Shown in pieces: positions 1 to 12,441 of a stretch of DNA of 64,000 nucleotides (the stretch's first letter is position 1; each line of letters starts with the position of its first letter). Source of the stretch: Octopus vulgaris (taxonomy: Eukaryota). The position numbers and the translations under genes are program-made. The notes below the pieces were generated by a model. That model saw only the letters and a program-made list of their open reading frames with translations. It was not told the DNA's origin and did not search any database. Where the stretch lies: assembly GCA_951406725.2 (NCBI GenBank), contig OX597816.1, positions 132,060,001 through 132,124,000 on the forward strand. The letters are read 5' to 3'.

Positions 1-568
1 TGCTGTTGCTTAGTGAGTGGTATTGACTCAGTGCACAGCCTTTCCCCACTTTAAAAAAAAATCTTCTTGCACAGGCATTGCACGATAACAACATTGATTA
101 AGCTTCGTGCAATGGCCATACTTGATAACGAGGGGGCAGCCACCATATATATATATACACACACACATATACACACATACATTTATGTATTTATGTATAT
201 GTTTTGCAAAATTCCCAATGAGAAAACATGTGTTGAAACAGATATTGTGAAAATTGGAGATGGTCAATTCTTTTTTTTTTTGGTCAATTAAACACATGCA
301 CTATTTATTTGATCTTCACTTTAGTTTTTATTTGTAGTTAATTTTAGTTTATCAGGCTACCAAAGTTATTTCTTCACACCTTCTGTGACCTCTTCAGTGA
401 CTCTCTGTCCCATGTGTTTCCTTTTGTCCTGCTTATTCCTGATGAAGTCCAAGAAGGTTTGACAAAAGAACAAAAGTGAGGATAAAATAAATAGTGCTCT
501 GATCAAAATAAATAAATAGTAATTGATAAAAAAAAAAGTATAACAATATATATATATATATATATATA

Positions 569-2470
569 TGATTGATTGATTGATTGATTGATTTTAGTTT
601 CAGCTCACGAGCTGTGGCCATGCTGGGGCACTGCCATTTGGTGTTGCTACATGGTTTTACTTCACAAATGCTTTTTAGCAACTGTCATTTGGTGCATGAG
701 AGAGTTCGATGCAGCTGCCCTCATCTGCACCTCCTGCCGTGAAGTTGGTTCATCTGGGATACCTGACAAGAAGAGATCCAGTTTCATTTTAAAGACATCT
801 GCATCCACCCCATGCAGGTCTCTTAGGTTCTTCGGGAGGATATTGAAGAGCTGTGGGCCTCGGAAGCCCAGGCTATCACGGTATCTTGTCCTACATCTTG
901 ATGGCAAATTTGCCCAGTTCTGGCATTTGTGTAACTCTCGATGCCAAAGTTTGGGACAAGTCCTTCCAGGATCTTCCAGATGTATATTATGGCATATCTT
1001 TCTCACCTACGCTCCAAGGAATAGAGTTTTAATCTCTTGAGTCTTTCCCAGTAGCTTATATGCTGCACAGAGGCTATCTTCTTCGTGTAGCTACGTTGGA
1101 TCACCTCAAGTTCTGTGATCAGCTTGACACTGGATGGTGACCATAGCTGAGAGCAATAGTCAAAGTGGCTTAAGACAAGTGTCCTCCAGAGGACCATCAT
1201 GGTTTCTTGTTCTCTTGTTCTAAAGGTTCTAAGAATCCATCCGGCCAGTCGTCTACATTTCATTGCCAATTTAGCAACATGTACACGAAAGATTGTGTCA
1301 TCACTCATGTAAATACCCAGGTCACGCACTGATTGTGCCTCTGGGATTGCAATTCCTCCGGGTCCAGTGTATTCATTGGGTATTGCATTTAGTTTTGCAT
1401 GCTGATAGCATAAAGCTTGAAACTTTTCAGCATTGAACTGCATGCTATTCTTTTCAGCCCACTTGTATATTTTGTCCAGCTCACATTGCAGGCGTTTAGT
1501 GTCCTCAGGGTTCTGTATTGCCTGTGAAACTTTTGTATCATCTGCATAACTTGTGATCGTGGCTCTCTGCGTGGCTGAGGGCATGTCTGAGAGGGCCATT
1601 ATGAACAGTAGTGGTCCCAAAACAGTGCCCTGCGGAACACCGCTCACTATTTGCGTGTTAATGGAAGTGGCTACTAACACCTGACTTCTATCTTTCAGAA
1701 AGTCATGAAGCCATTCTCCCAGTTTTCCAACTATGCTAAGATCACGCAGTTTGTGACATATCATTCCATGATCGACTTTATCAAAGGCCTTTGCAAAGTC
1801 GAGATATATCACTTCCACGTTTGAGTGGTTGAGCAGTTCAGCACCCAGTCATAGTGTTGTAGGAGCTGAGTTAAGCAGCTTCTTCCTGGTCGGAAACCAT
1901 GTTGGGTATCAGGCAGCAAGTCATTTTCTTCAAGGAAGGTGATCAGTTTCCTTCTGACTATTCGTTCCATGACCTTGCTGATGTGTGAGGTCAGAGAGAT
2001 AGGTCTGTAGTTCTTGGCCTCCGCTCTGCTACCTCCTTTATGAATAGGGCATATTTTACCTTCCTTCAGTTTTCTTGGAAGTTTGCCAGCTGCAAGGAAG
2101 CTCTGAAAGAGGAACTGCAGTGGTCTTGCTAGGACTCTCTTACATACCTTTAGGAGGATTGCCGGGAATCCATCGGGGCCAGTAGCTGAGTCTGTTTTCA
2201 TTTCATCTATAGCCTTTATTACATCGTCTTCCTTTAAATCGATATAATCTATCATCGCTGCCTCTGATTTTATATCTGCAGTGGTAAAGAAGTCAGTTGG
2301 ATTGGTGATTTGGAAATGCCCAAGGGGTGGAGTGAAAACATTCTTGAATTGCTCATTCAGTATTTCACTTACCCTCATTGGATTTCCTGTGAGTGTGCCA
2401 TCCTTTTCAAGGAGTGGCCCTATCCTACAGTGCACCGTAGCTGTTTCTTTGGCATACCTGTAGAAAGCTC
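569..2470 (-). mobile_element. 5'-truncated CR1-group non-LTR retrotransposon (LINE): RT domain and C-terminus in three frameshifted ORFs (1809-2435, 1003-1818, 662-1006), short 3' UTR and (TCAA)n tail
   Basis: Motifs NYRPISLTS, QHGFRPGRSC, YLDFAKAFDKVDH, SGVPQGTVLGP, YADD, RDLG, DYCSQLWSP; microsatellite tail at 569-593. Confidence 0.93.
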
Positions 2471-2476
2471 TATATA

Positions 2477-2870
2477 TCTTTATATATAAAAGTGAAGTTG
2501 TATGTCTGTCTCCTATGATTTAGATTCCTAACTACTCCCACATTTTGCGGTGCAGTGTAACCAAAAGCAGGTATCTTATAGTCGTGATTCATATCGAGCC
2601 CTTCTGAGTATTAGTGCACGTCTACAATGAGTCTACGATTTAAAAAAAAATTTACCATCAATTTTTCCCATTTTTTAATGCATTTTGGCATATATAAGGG
2701 AAGTAACTCTCTAAAAATTTATTATTAAATCTCAGAACGTAAAAAGCTACAGTAACCCCCCCTCCTTTGTGGTTAGCCATATTGAGATGGCTATTATACT
2801 TTACATCTCTAAAAATGCTTATATAGTTATTTCCCTTACAAATCCGAGCAACGCCGGGCAATACTGCTAG
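2477..2870 (+). mobile_element. Non-autonomous Helitron-like element
   Basis: 5' TC start (tctttatatataaaa), subterminal imperfect hairpin ccgagcaacgccgg, 3' CTAG, inserted between A and T with no TSD. Confidence 0.75.
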
Positions 2871-2889
2871 TATATATATATATATATGT

Positions 2890-3285
2890 ATTGCTTGTTC
2901 CCAACCATATGATTTTAGGTTCAGTCTCACTGCATGACATCTTGGGCATGTGTCTTCTACTATAGCCTCATGTCAACCAAAGCCTTATGAGCGGATTTGA
3001 TTGTTGGAAATTGAGAGAAGTTTGTTGTATATATTTGTGTTTGTGTCTGTGTTTGAACCTGCCACCACCACCACCACTACCATTGCTTGTCAACCAATGT
3101 TGGTGTGTTTACATCACTGTAACTTAGCAGTTTGGCAAAAGAGACCAATAGAATAAGTATTAGGCTTACAAAGAATAAGTCCTGGGGCTGATTTGTTCAA
3201 CTAAAACCCTTTAAGGTGGTGCTCCAGTATGGCTGCAGTCAAATGACTGAAACAAGTAAAAGAAAGAATAAAAGAAAGAATAAAA
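2890..3285 (+). mobile_element. tRNA-derived SINE, family 1 (CORE-like ccttgggcaagtgtctt segment, internal microsatellite, CR1-like 3' tail)
   Basis: Colinear with the better-preserved copy at 55106-55620; ends gtgctccagtatggctgcagtcaaatgactgaaacaagtaaaaga. Confidence 0.85.
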
Positions 3286-3309
3286 GAACCGAACACATTT
3301 TTTTTCATT

Positions 3310-3460
3310 CTCTCTCTATTTATTTCTTGTTAATCTTTCTGTCAAAAAGAGTAGGCTTGAAACGTAAATGACTTTTCCAATTTTCCTGAGCATCAAACTA
3401 ATACATTTGCTTGTTGTTTCTACACCTATCTTCTTTGTTTTTCTATAAATTTGAACTATA
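3310..3460 (+). mobile_element. Penelope-like terminal-repeat fragment with a decayed hammerhead-like core
   Basis: ctgtcaaaaagagtaggcttgaaacgt followed by ttcctgagc...taatac, similar to the 50318-50500 and 35880-35975 copies; ends in a (TA/CA)n run. Confidence 0.45.
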
Positions 3461-3496
3461 CACACACACACACACACACACACACAGATATATATA

Positions 3497-3906
3497 TCTA
3501 TAATATAAATTGGACATGGGCGATCATTGTATTCTTTCTTGTCTTGAGGTTCACAGCCAAATGGCTGGGTGGATTCACATGAATAATGGCACACATGTGG
3601 AGACAGGTGCATAGATTGGAATTCAGTTTGTATTTTTTTCCTAACCCCCAAACTTTCTGAGAAAATCGATTAAAACTTCTTCTAATGGAATTTCCCTCTT
3701 TCTTCTGCCATTAAAACAACCAGTTGCTTAAAAGCTGTTTTCTGATGGGGTGGGGTCAGGAAATTATCATATAGCTGGAGGCTCCAATCGAAACAGGGGA
3801 CCCGAAATGATATGGTTGACAAACGCTGTTATAGATTATGCCAAACGGAAATCGATCACAACCATATCATCCAAACAGACCAAGTGAAACTGGGCTTAGC
3901 TGCTAG
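3497..3906 (+). mobile_element. Non-autonomous Helitron-like element, family B (second partial copy at 41620-41820)
   Basis: TC start, 3' ...gaaactgggcttagctgCTAG|t; first ~150 bp closely similar to 41621-41770. Confidence 0.65.
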
Positions 3907-4042
3907 TATATATATATATATTTAACAATTAAGGATAACTTCTTAATAAGGAATCTTAACAAGAAATTATCAGGTAGTTAGCGTGAAAAACCTCATAAGA
4001 GAAAAGAATTCGAAAATAATTTTTTCTTTTGAACAAATTAAT

Positions 4043-4129
4043 TATATTTATATTGTATAGAGGGCATAATTACACATAAATGCCTCATTTATGTGTGAGG
4101 CATTTATGTGTAATAATGCCCTCTATACA

Positions 4130-4140
<11 letters not shown>
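4043..4140. repeat. Near-perfect palindrome: 44-bp stem with one mismatch and an 8-nt loop, abutting (TA)n
   Basis: 4043-4087 is the reverse complement of 4096-4140 except for the 4068/4115 pair. Confidence 0.9.
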
Positions 4141-4175
<35 letters not shown>

Positions 4176-4414
4176 AGGTTTTACAGCCTCCCAGCTGGCA
4201 ATCCCAAGACCATAGCAGAAGACTTTTGCCTAAAATATTATGAATGGAATCAAACCTCAGAGTATCTGAATGAAAGTGAGTTTCTTAACGACTTAGCCAT
4301 GCCTGTCCCTATTCATTGATATCTTCATAGCAAGAAATACTTTTAAATGCCAGGACCACTAACCTTACATCCAAACCCTAATCTGGCCTTTGAGGTTAGG
4401 GTTCAGCCATCTTT

Positions 4415-4496
4415 TTATTGTAGCAATCTGCAGACAAGATCTTTGCAATTCTCTGTATCTTCTGGAGGAAGCTTTGCACTTGCATGAAGAAATTCA
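4415..4496 (-). CDS. Candidate terminal coding exon of an unidentified host gene (..EFLHASAKLPPEDTENCKDLVCRLLQ*)
   Basis: AG at 4498-4497, phase-compatible with the 4619-4744 candidate, ends in TAA; weak polypyrimidine tract. Confidence 0.25.
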
Positions 4497-4618
4497 CTGT
4501 TATAGGTTTTTCCTTGCTATTTTTTATTCATACATGCTGCAAGCTAATGAAACACTGATATATATCACAGTGCTTCCACTGCTTGCAGTGACAAAGTATA
4601 CAACACTGAGATACATAC

Positions 4619-4744
4619 TTAGAGCAAAGTGAAATAGGCAATTGACTTGCATTAAGTGTGTCTGGCTTCAGACAATGTAGAGGAAGTGACAGGATACAAG
4701 CTGCCAATCTCTCAGCTGCTAGTCTAATGATTTCGTCATTTGCA
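4619..4744 (-). CDS. Candidate internal coding exon (ANDEIIRLAAERLAACILSLPLHCLKPDTLNASQLPISLCS)
   Basis: ttcatAG acceptor, GTATGT donor, 126 nt, phase 2-2, open and protein-like, in non-repeat sequence. Confidence 0.35.
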
Positions 4745-5810
4745 CTATGAAATCTAGTCTAATTTTTGTATAATAATAATGTCCTGACGACCTGACTTCT
4801 TTGCTTCGATTAAATGCTATTGTGTGTGTGTGTGTGTGTTTTACCTTCTATGCATTTTAAAAGTATTATAAATGTGCTGTAAAGTAGCACTGAGTACTTT
4901 GATGTATAAAGGCACTTTTCATAGGTGTTATTTGTAAATGGTTGAATTTGTTTGTTGCAGTTGTTACTCTGGTTTTAATGGAGCCAATTGGAATTCACTT
5001 TTTATTGTGTATTATACTGTATATGTTTGTGTGTCTGCTCTACCTTTATGTTGGATAGGGGTGTGGAAATGTTAAGCTTATAAAGAGTAAAAAGAGTGTA
5101 AGACACATTCAATAGACAAGCTGTTGTATGCAACAGCAATTGCAGTATTTTATTGATAAACAAATAATAAAAAATTACCAGATACTCACTCTGTCCAAGG
5201 AGGCTAAAATAATATATGGGGATTTTCTGTTCATTATCTTTCTTCACCTTTTTACTTGTTTCAGTCACTGGACCACAGCCATGCTGGGGCACCACCTTGG
5301 AGGGTTTAAATTGAATGAATTGACACCAGTACTTATTTTTTTTTTTTAAACTTGATACTTAGTCTACTGGTCTATTTTGCTGAACTGCTTAGCTACAGGG
5401 ATGTAAACAAACCAACACCTGTTGTCAAAATGTGGTGGGGGACAAACACAAACACAAAAATACACATATGTAAACATTTATAGATATTTATGTATGTGTG
5501 TGTGTGTGAGTATACACACACACACACACACTCATACACACACACATATACCATTGTCAGCAGTCCAATGATGGCTTAATTGGCCAAAACTTTGAAGTCA
5601 CTGTCAATGAACATTCTTGTTTAAGAATGATAAATTTTTACTCTACATAGGTATAGAGCAACCCAGCAGATTAATGTAAAATAGTTTTTGTTATAACTGA
5701 ACATAAAAACAAACATTAATATATATATTATGAAACATCCTTTTGAGGTTGATACAATAAGTACCTGTCAAGTACTGGGGTCAATGAAATTGACTACCTC
5801 CTCCCTATAG

Positions 5811-5811
5811 C

Positions 5812-5877
<66 letters not shown>

Positions 5878-5927
5878 AAGAAGAAGAAGAAGAATGATAA
5901 TAATCATGATGATGATGATGATGATTA

Positions 5928-5968
<41 letters not shown>

Positions 5969-5982
5969 GTTATTATTATTAT
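5811..5982. repeat. Compound trinucleotide microsatellite (AAT)(AAG)(GAT)(ATT)
   Basis: Directly visible. Confidence 0.95.
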
Positions 5983-6238
5983 TTTATTCTCATTGTTCCA
6001 GCCAATTTTGTCCATGTGCTATGCTTACACCAAGGGAGGCAATAGCTTGGATGGCGAAGTATATCTAGAAAAGCAGAAGAAGGGGAGACAAAGAGAGAAA
6101 TGGAAATAGAGGAATCAATGAAAAAATAGAAATAGATAACATGAGAGAAAGAGATTATTCTGTAGTCGTGTCTTCAAATTGCAGGCGTTATCTTTAACAT
6201 AATGAAACAATGTCATGAAGACCAGTAAATTACAAGAT

Positions 6239-7203
6239 ATTAGGTTGAAATAAAAGTTTTGTCAGATTTCAACTAATGATTTTCAGCAACTTGTATTTCC
6301 ATGTTATAGCATTAATTTGATATAACTTGTTGTCCTATCATTGCTGTCTTTATTTCCATTTACAACATATAATCATTAATTGTTTGTTCTTTATTTTACA
6401 GCTTTGATAATGAATGGTGAAAAAACTGCAATTAGAACTATTTTACTCAACCTGTGGAAAAAAGTACTGTGTGCCAGGGCAGCGGCAAAATAAATTAATA
6501 ATGTGGAAGGCCCCAAAACTGTCAACAAATGTGTGGCACAAAACTGGTTCAGATGTTTCAAAAAAGTGACACTTGCTCTGAAGACAAATCAAAGTCAGGA
6601 GGACCTTCTATTGGGGAAGATGAGGCCTTGCTTGAAATGGTTAAACAACAAGCACAAGCACTCATAGATTGTCAGCAAAACTTGGTCCTTCGCAAAGCAC
6701 CATCATTTGACACTTCTATAAGCTCAGACTTGTGAACAGATGGTGTCAAGAAGCTCCTCATGAACTGACCAATGACCCGGCTCAAAAACGTGAAAATTCA
6801 AAACAGCTACTGGCAAATCCTCAAGCTGCCCAGTTTTGTACTGAATTGTAACTGGGGATGAAAAATGGACCTGTTTTCATAACCCTGATAAGAGATATTA
6901 GTGGCTTTATTCTGACCATGCTTCAGAGCTGTTGTCAAACAAGAGCAGTTTGAACAGAAAGTCATGTTGTGTGTTTGATGGAATTTCAAGGGGGTATTGC
7001 ACTTTGAGGTTATCCCAGATGATTATGCTGTGCATGCTAACCATTATGCTTAACAACTACAGTGAATATATAATGCATTGAAAGCCTGCAACTTGACATT
7101 GGTCAATCAAAGACATGCATTCCTACAGCATGACAATGCCCCAGCACACACTGCCCATGTGCAAACTTTAGTAACTTGAGAGGTTGGAAGTTCTGCCTCA
7201 CTA
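6239..7203 (+). mobile_element. Degenerate mariner transposon; transposase pseudogene from ATG 6410, 3'-truncated by an RTE fragment
   Basis: TIR-like attaggttgaaataaaagtt; translated motifs VAQNWFRCFK, IVTGDEKW, KVMLCV*WNFKG, LQHDNAPAH, with stops and frameshifts. Confidence 0.88.
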
Positions 7204-7214
7204 TACCTACAATC

Positions 7215-7640
7215 TAAACCTTATATTTTGAGCACACTTTTGTATGGGGCAGAAGCATGGACTCCCTACTAAAGACATATGCTGAGACTTGAAACCTTCC
7301 ACTTGTGCTGTTTGCACAACATATGCAACATAAAATGGTAAGATGAGATATCCAATGATCACATTCCAAAAATTATTCTGTGTGGCCAACAAGTGGAGAT
7401 ATCACAGCAAAGGAAGACCTCTCCTTAGGTATAAGGATAAGTTGAAGCAATCACTAAAATCTTTACAGCTTAATTTAACATCTTGGAAAAGTCATTGCCT
7501 TGACTGATCTGCATGGTGTAAAATGTATTATGATGCATCCAAACAATTTGAGTTGAAGAAAAAGAACAGCAGAAAAACTATATCTCACAATCAACAGACA
7601 CACTTGTCCAATCCATATGAATGCAAAATCAAAATAGATT
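7215..7640 (+). mobile_element. RTE-clade LINE 3' fragment
   Basis: Translates as YILSTLLYGAEAWTPY*RHMLRLETFHLCCL, then PK-LFCG and RPLLRYKDKLK-like segments. Confidence 0.8.
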
Positions 7641-9472
7641 TTGCATCCATATAATTTTTCTTTCTTCACCATGATGTTTAACAAGTTAATAAGTTGGAAA
7701 CCATTTTAATTTTATTAACTCCTTTGATACTGTCCAAGATTGTCCTTGATTCTAGAATACAAGCTTCCTTTTTTTAGTGATCTAAATTAAAACTTTCAAG
7801 CTTTTATGTTAATTTATGCTCCAAGCACCAACTTAATAATGACAAGTTATTTTACTAAGTTCTTCATTGTTTTAAAAATGAATTGCAACAAAGACACATA
7901 GCAAGTTATCTGTCCAATTTAAATTCACACAACACCCCATACACCTATGAAAAACATTAAGTGAAACTAAAGTTCAAAATCTTAGGTTCTTCAATCAAGT
8001 TTAAAATAAATTGATTTCTGTTACATTCAACATAGACATAGTTATATTTTATCAACACTCAGTTATAACAGTTGATCTTGAACAAGTTGGAAGATGGTGA
8101 AGGGTGTGTATATACATATCATATATATATGTGTATAGGTAAACACATTGTTTATATGTGTGTGCATGGATATACATATTGGTGATTATGTGTGTGGATG
8201 GATATACACATTGTTTATGAGTGTGTATAGACATACATATTGTTTATGTGTGTATTTCTGTTTGCTTCTATGACATTGAGAAAATGATCACTTGCTGTTC
8301 TGAAATTTTATTCTCAGCCAAAACATATTTATGTAAATATTAAATGTTTTCCTACCTGTTATTTATCTTTAAAATATAATCTTTTCTTTACATTTTTACT
8401 TAGTCTTGTATTCTTGAAATTACTGTCAGAAAATATTTTATTTGATATTTTGGAATGAATGATGCTTTACAAATGTCTGCAGCTAATGTTTGCTGATATA
8501 TTTGATTATTTGATTATTAGTTGTAATTGTATGTGCAGCCCTCTAGTTTTAAATGTTGTAAATGCTATTTATAAAAAAATATGCAGCTTTTTTGTAGTGA
8601 TTGTGTGTGCAATGTTTAGTTGTAAATATGTGTACATACTGGTTGTAAATGTATGTAGATACTATTTATATAGGTTGGTTATTACAATTTGTTGATGTCT
8701 GCTACTGCTATTAGCAGCTATTTAGTCTGGTCTTCTGTAAATATTTATAACTGTTGATCACAAAGTATTGTATTCTAGCCTCCCCATTTGGGCTGGCAAA
8801 TCTCTTTTCACCCACCATTCCCTTCCATTACACAGTTAAGCAATGTGATTTTTTGCACAGCCAGTATTCTGGAGTAATCCATGCAATGTGCTTCTAAAGG
8901 AAAGGTATTTTCACACTGCATGCTTACTTGATATTGTCCTTAATTTAGCCAGCTGATCTACTTGAACACAGATTATGTCATATCTTTATTTACTCTGACT
9001 CATGTACTGTGATAAAAGTACAATTTGCTGCTTATTTCACAGATGCCTCTATCCTCGCAAATAGTCGACCTGAATGATTTATTCTTGAAAAGAAACAGCA
9101 CACTAGTCTACTTTGCACTTCCATTCAGTTTTTCTGATGTTTTACTTAAAGATTAAGAGTATAAATAGTGTTATATGTTCTAATATATGAATGAAAAGAG
9201 TAGTGTTGTAAAGATCAATGTAGATAAGATGTGTTCTGGTTTTGTACCCTATCTACTGCACTGTGTTCTTGAGTGAGGCGTTTTCTATTCTTAATGTTTC
9301 AGTGTACTTCAAAATAAATTGGATTCCAGGGGAACTGGAAAACTGACAAATAATTAAGGCAATTAAGAATTTAAGGTTCAAATTCTATTATGGATTTTAA
9401 AAAATTCCTGTAAATCTATTATTATGGATTTCTTACCATCAGTTCTTCATGATAATATTTCATATTTTGCTA

Positions 9473-9683
9473 GGGTGGTGAACTGGCAAAATTGTTAGCA
9501 TATTGGGTAAAATGTTTAGCAGCATTTCATCTGTCTTTATGTTCGGTATTCAAATTCTGCCAAGGTCAACTTTGCCTATCTTCCTTTCAGGGTCAATAAA
9601 ATAAGTGCAAGTTGAGTAGTGGGGTTGATGTAATCATCTTACTCCCTCCCTGAAATTGCTAGCCTTATGCCAAAATTTGAAAT
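9473..9683 (+). mobile_element. tRNA-derived SINE, family 2 (Meta-like central domain), with a 20-bp target-site duplication
   Basis: Central aggtcaactttgcct...cctttcagggtcaataaaataagt; flanking direct repeat taatatttcatattttgcta at 9453-9472 and 9684-9703. Other copies at ~13180-13355, 14470-14635, 14655-14865, 38755-38903(-), 39175-39400, 44565-44780(-), 59401-59615, 59655-59838(-), 62484-62700. Confidence 0.85.
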
Positions 9684-10355
9684 TAATATTTCATATTTTG
9701 CTATTTTATTTTAAATTACTCAACAGTTGAAAAAAGTCAAATTTACTCAACTGATGAATGATTTATATCAATGATAGAAACATCAATTATGCTGGATTAC
9801 ATTCTGCCTTCTATCCTAGCATCATAACATTGTTTTTCTGTGATAAAAGCTTATAAGGAAATGGCTGTACATCTTAAGTGAGTAATATCCATGAACACAT
9901 TTGGCTGTTGGGTGCTGCAGAAGACTTTAGCATTAGGAAATAATTCAATGCATGATACTCTGGTCCTTCTCTCAGTTCATGCAAGGATTTGAGTTTAGCA
10001 CTGAAACGTCAAATGTTTAGGATGGTTCATCTGAGTAAAATATGAATCAAAGGGGTCCTTAGGCAAAAAATGGTTGAGAAAAATTGCACTAGGCCATTGA
10101 AGGTTTTAACTGTTTTTGCCAGAGGCATGTAACTGTATCTGGAATAGAATAAGATTAGATAATCCTTTATTTAGTCTTCCACTATAAACATCTGAGATAC
10201 TTCATGTAACTAGAGTGATCAGAATAGAATATGATCAGACAATCCTTTATTTGGTATATCACTACTAGCATCTGAGATCCAGTGCTTTGTCCACTTAGTT
10301 GTGATTTCCAGTGTAAGGAAAAAAGTGTATAAAAGAATATATCTGATGTTCTTTC

Positions 10356-10584
10356 TTAACCATTTAGCATTTGAACTGGCTATATCCAGCCACAATATTC
10401 TACCTATTTTAAATTCAAATGTGGCCAGATGCAGTCTCTCACATCTACCCTACAATGCTAATCTAAAAATAAACAATTGCATCATCAAAATTTCAAAGCT
10501 ACAAGATAATTCATGATTAATTCAAAACAATGTGAATAAATAAGCATTACATTTGACAAATTACCCTGAATGCCAAAGGGTAAA
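10356..10584 (-). mobile_element. piggyBac-type MITE (~230 bp)
   Basis: TTAA-flanked, degenerate TIR ccctttagcatt/aatgctaaaggg; same family as 38904-39131. Confidence 0.75.
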
Positions 10585-11129
10585 TGGTTGGTCTGTAAGA
10601 AGGGACTCTGCCAATCACATTCACAGACATTCCAAGAGAAGTGAAGCTAATGCAGTTCATGTTTTCCTTCATCAATTCTAAGACAGCAACTAGAAAAAAT
10701 AAAAAATACGAGACATGAAGAGAATTTTCAAGGGATAATATTCAAGGAAAGGAGAGATCGGACATAGTGGTAAGTGCAAGGCCTAGGGAGAGAGGTAGAA
10801 GCAATATGAATGACAAAATTGGGGGTGAATGAGCTGGGTAGGTTTAAATAAATTTAGCACAAAATCAGTCTGCTCCAAGGAGTAGAGACCTCTTCTGTAG
10901 TAGAGGAATGAGTCAGTAAGTCTATGAATCAAAGACTGGAATGTGTTGTTGAGTAACTCCATGCCAATCAGTTGGATTAGGTTTCAAGTCAATCATGATA
11001 GAACAGACATATTAAGGGCATCCAAGCTGAGACCAAATTACAGGGATGTAAATGCACCAACACCAGTTAGTAGACAAACACAAACACAAAGAGACACACT
11101 CACAAATACACACACACACACACACTCAT

Positions 11130-12325
11130 AATGGGCTTCTTTCAGCTTCTATCTACCAAATTCACTCACAAGTCTTTGGTTGGCCTGAGGCTGTGGTAGT
11201 AGAAGACACTTGCCCAAGGTGCCACACAGTGGGACTGAACCCAGAACCATGTGATTGGAAAGCAATCTTCTATGCCCTATATATTTATGTGTGTGTGTGT
11301 CCATGATGAGCTTTTTTTTAGTTTTTGTTTACTAAAATCCACTCACAAGGTTTTGCCAGCTAAGGCCTATAGTAGAAGACACTTGCCCAAGGTGCCACAC
11401 AGTGGGACTGAATCCAGAACCATGTGATTGGAAAGCAATCTTCTGTGCCCTATATATATGTGTGTGTGTGTGTCCATGATGAGCTTTTTTTTAGTTTTTG
11501 TTTACTAAAATCCACTCACAAGTCTTTGGTTGGCCTGAGGCTGTGGTAGTAGAAGACACTTGCCCAAGGTGCCACACAGTGGGACTGAACCCAGAACCAT
11601 GTGATTGGAAAGCAATCTTCTATGCCCTATATATTTATGTGTGTGTGTGTCCATGATGAGCTTTTTTTTAGTTTTTGTTTACTAAAATCCACTCACAAGG
11701 TTTTGCCAGCTAAGGCCTATAGTAGAAGACACTTGCCCAAGGTGCCACACAGTGGGACTGAATCCAGAACCATGTGATTGGAAAGCAATCTTCTGTGCCC
11801 TATATATATATGTGTGTGTGTGTCCATGATGAGCTTTTTTTTAGTTTTTGTTTACTAAAATCCACTCACAAGGTTTTGCCAGCTAAGGCCTATAGTAGAA
11901 GACACTTGTTCAAGGTGCCACACAGTGGGACTGAATCCAGAACCAAGTGATTGGAAAGCAATCTTCTGTGCCCTATATATATATATGTGTGTGTGTCCAT
12001 GATGAGCTTTTTTTTAGTTTTTGTTTACTAAAATCCACTCACAAGGTTTTGCCAGCTAAGGCCTATAGTAGAAGACACTTGTTCAAGGTGCCACACAGTG
12101 GGACTGAATCCAGAACCATGTGATTGGAAAGCAATCTTCTGTGCCCTATATATATATGTGTGTGTGTGTCCATGATGAGCTTTTTTTTAGTTTTTGTTTA
12201 CTAAAATCCACTCACAAGGTTTTGCCAGCTAAGGCCTATAGTAGAAGACACTTGTTCAAGGTGCCACACAGTGGGACTGAATCCAGAATCATGTACTTGG
12301 GAAGCAAACTCCTTACCACACAGCT
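11130..12325 (-). repeat. Tandem array of 7 units (~175 bp) derived from the head of SINE family 1
   Basis: agtagaagacacttg...gtgccacacagtgggactgaa recurs at ~11198, 11371, 11548, 11721, 11894, 12067 and 12240. Confidence 0.93.
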
Positions 12326-12364
12326 ACTATCTTATAAAAAGGCTTTACATTTTAAAATGTATAC

Positions 12365-12441
12365 CAGTTCCAAATAATACTAATGTTTCACCTAATTCAC
12401 AATCAGATTTCTTAATGATACGGTCATTGTGGAAGATGTTT
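12365..12441 (-). CDS. Weak candidate exon (NIFHNDRIIKKSDCELGETLVLFGT)
   Basis: tttacAG / GTATAC boundaries, open frame; no homology recognised. Confidence 0.18.

Noticed and set aside
9043-9077. Plus-strand terminal exon ..ASILANSRPE* after ttatttcacAG
   Set aside because: Too short, with no partner exons identified; it also conflicts with the minus-strand candidates.
11130-12325. Repeat array as CRISPR or a tRNA gene cluster
   Set aside because: The units are near-identical SINE-head copies with no unique spacers and no cloverleaf.
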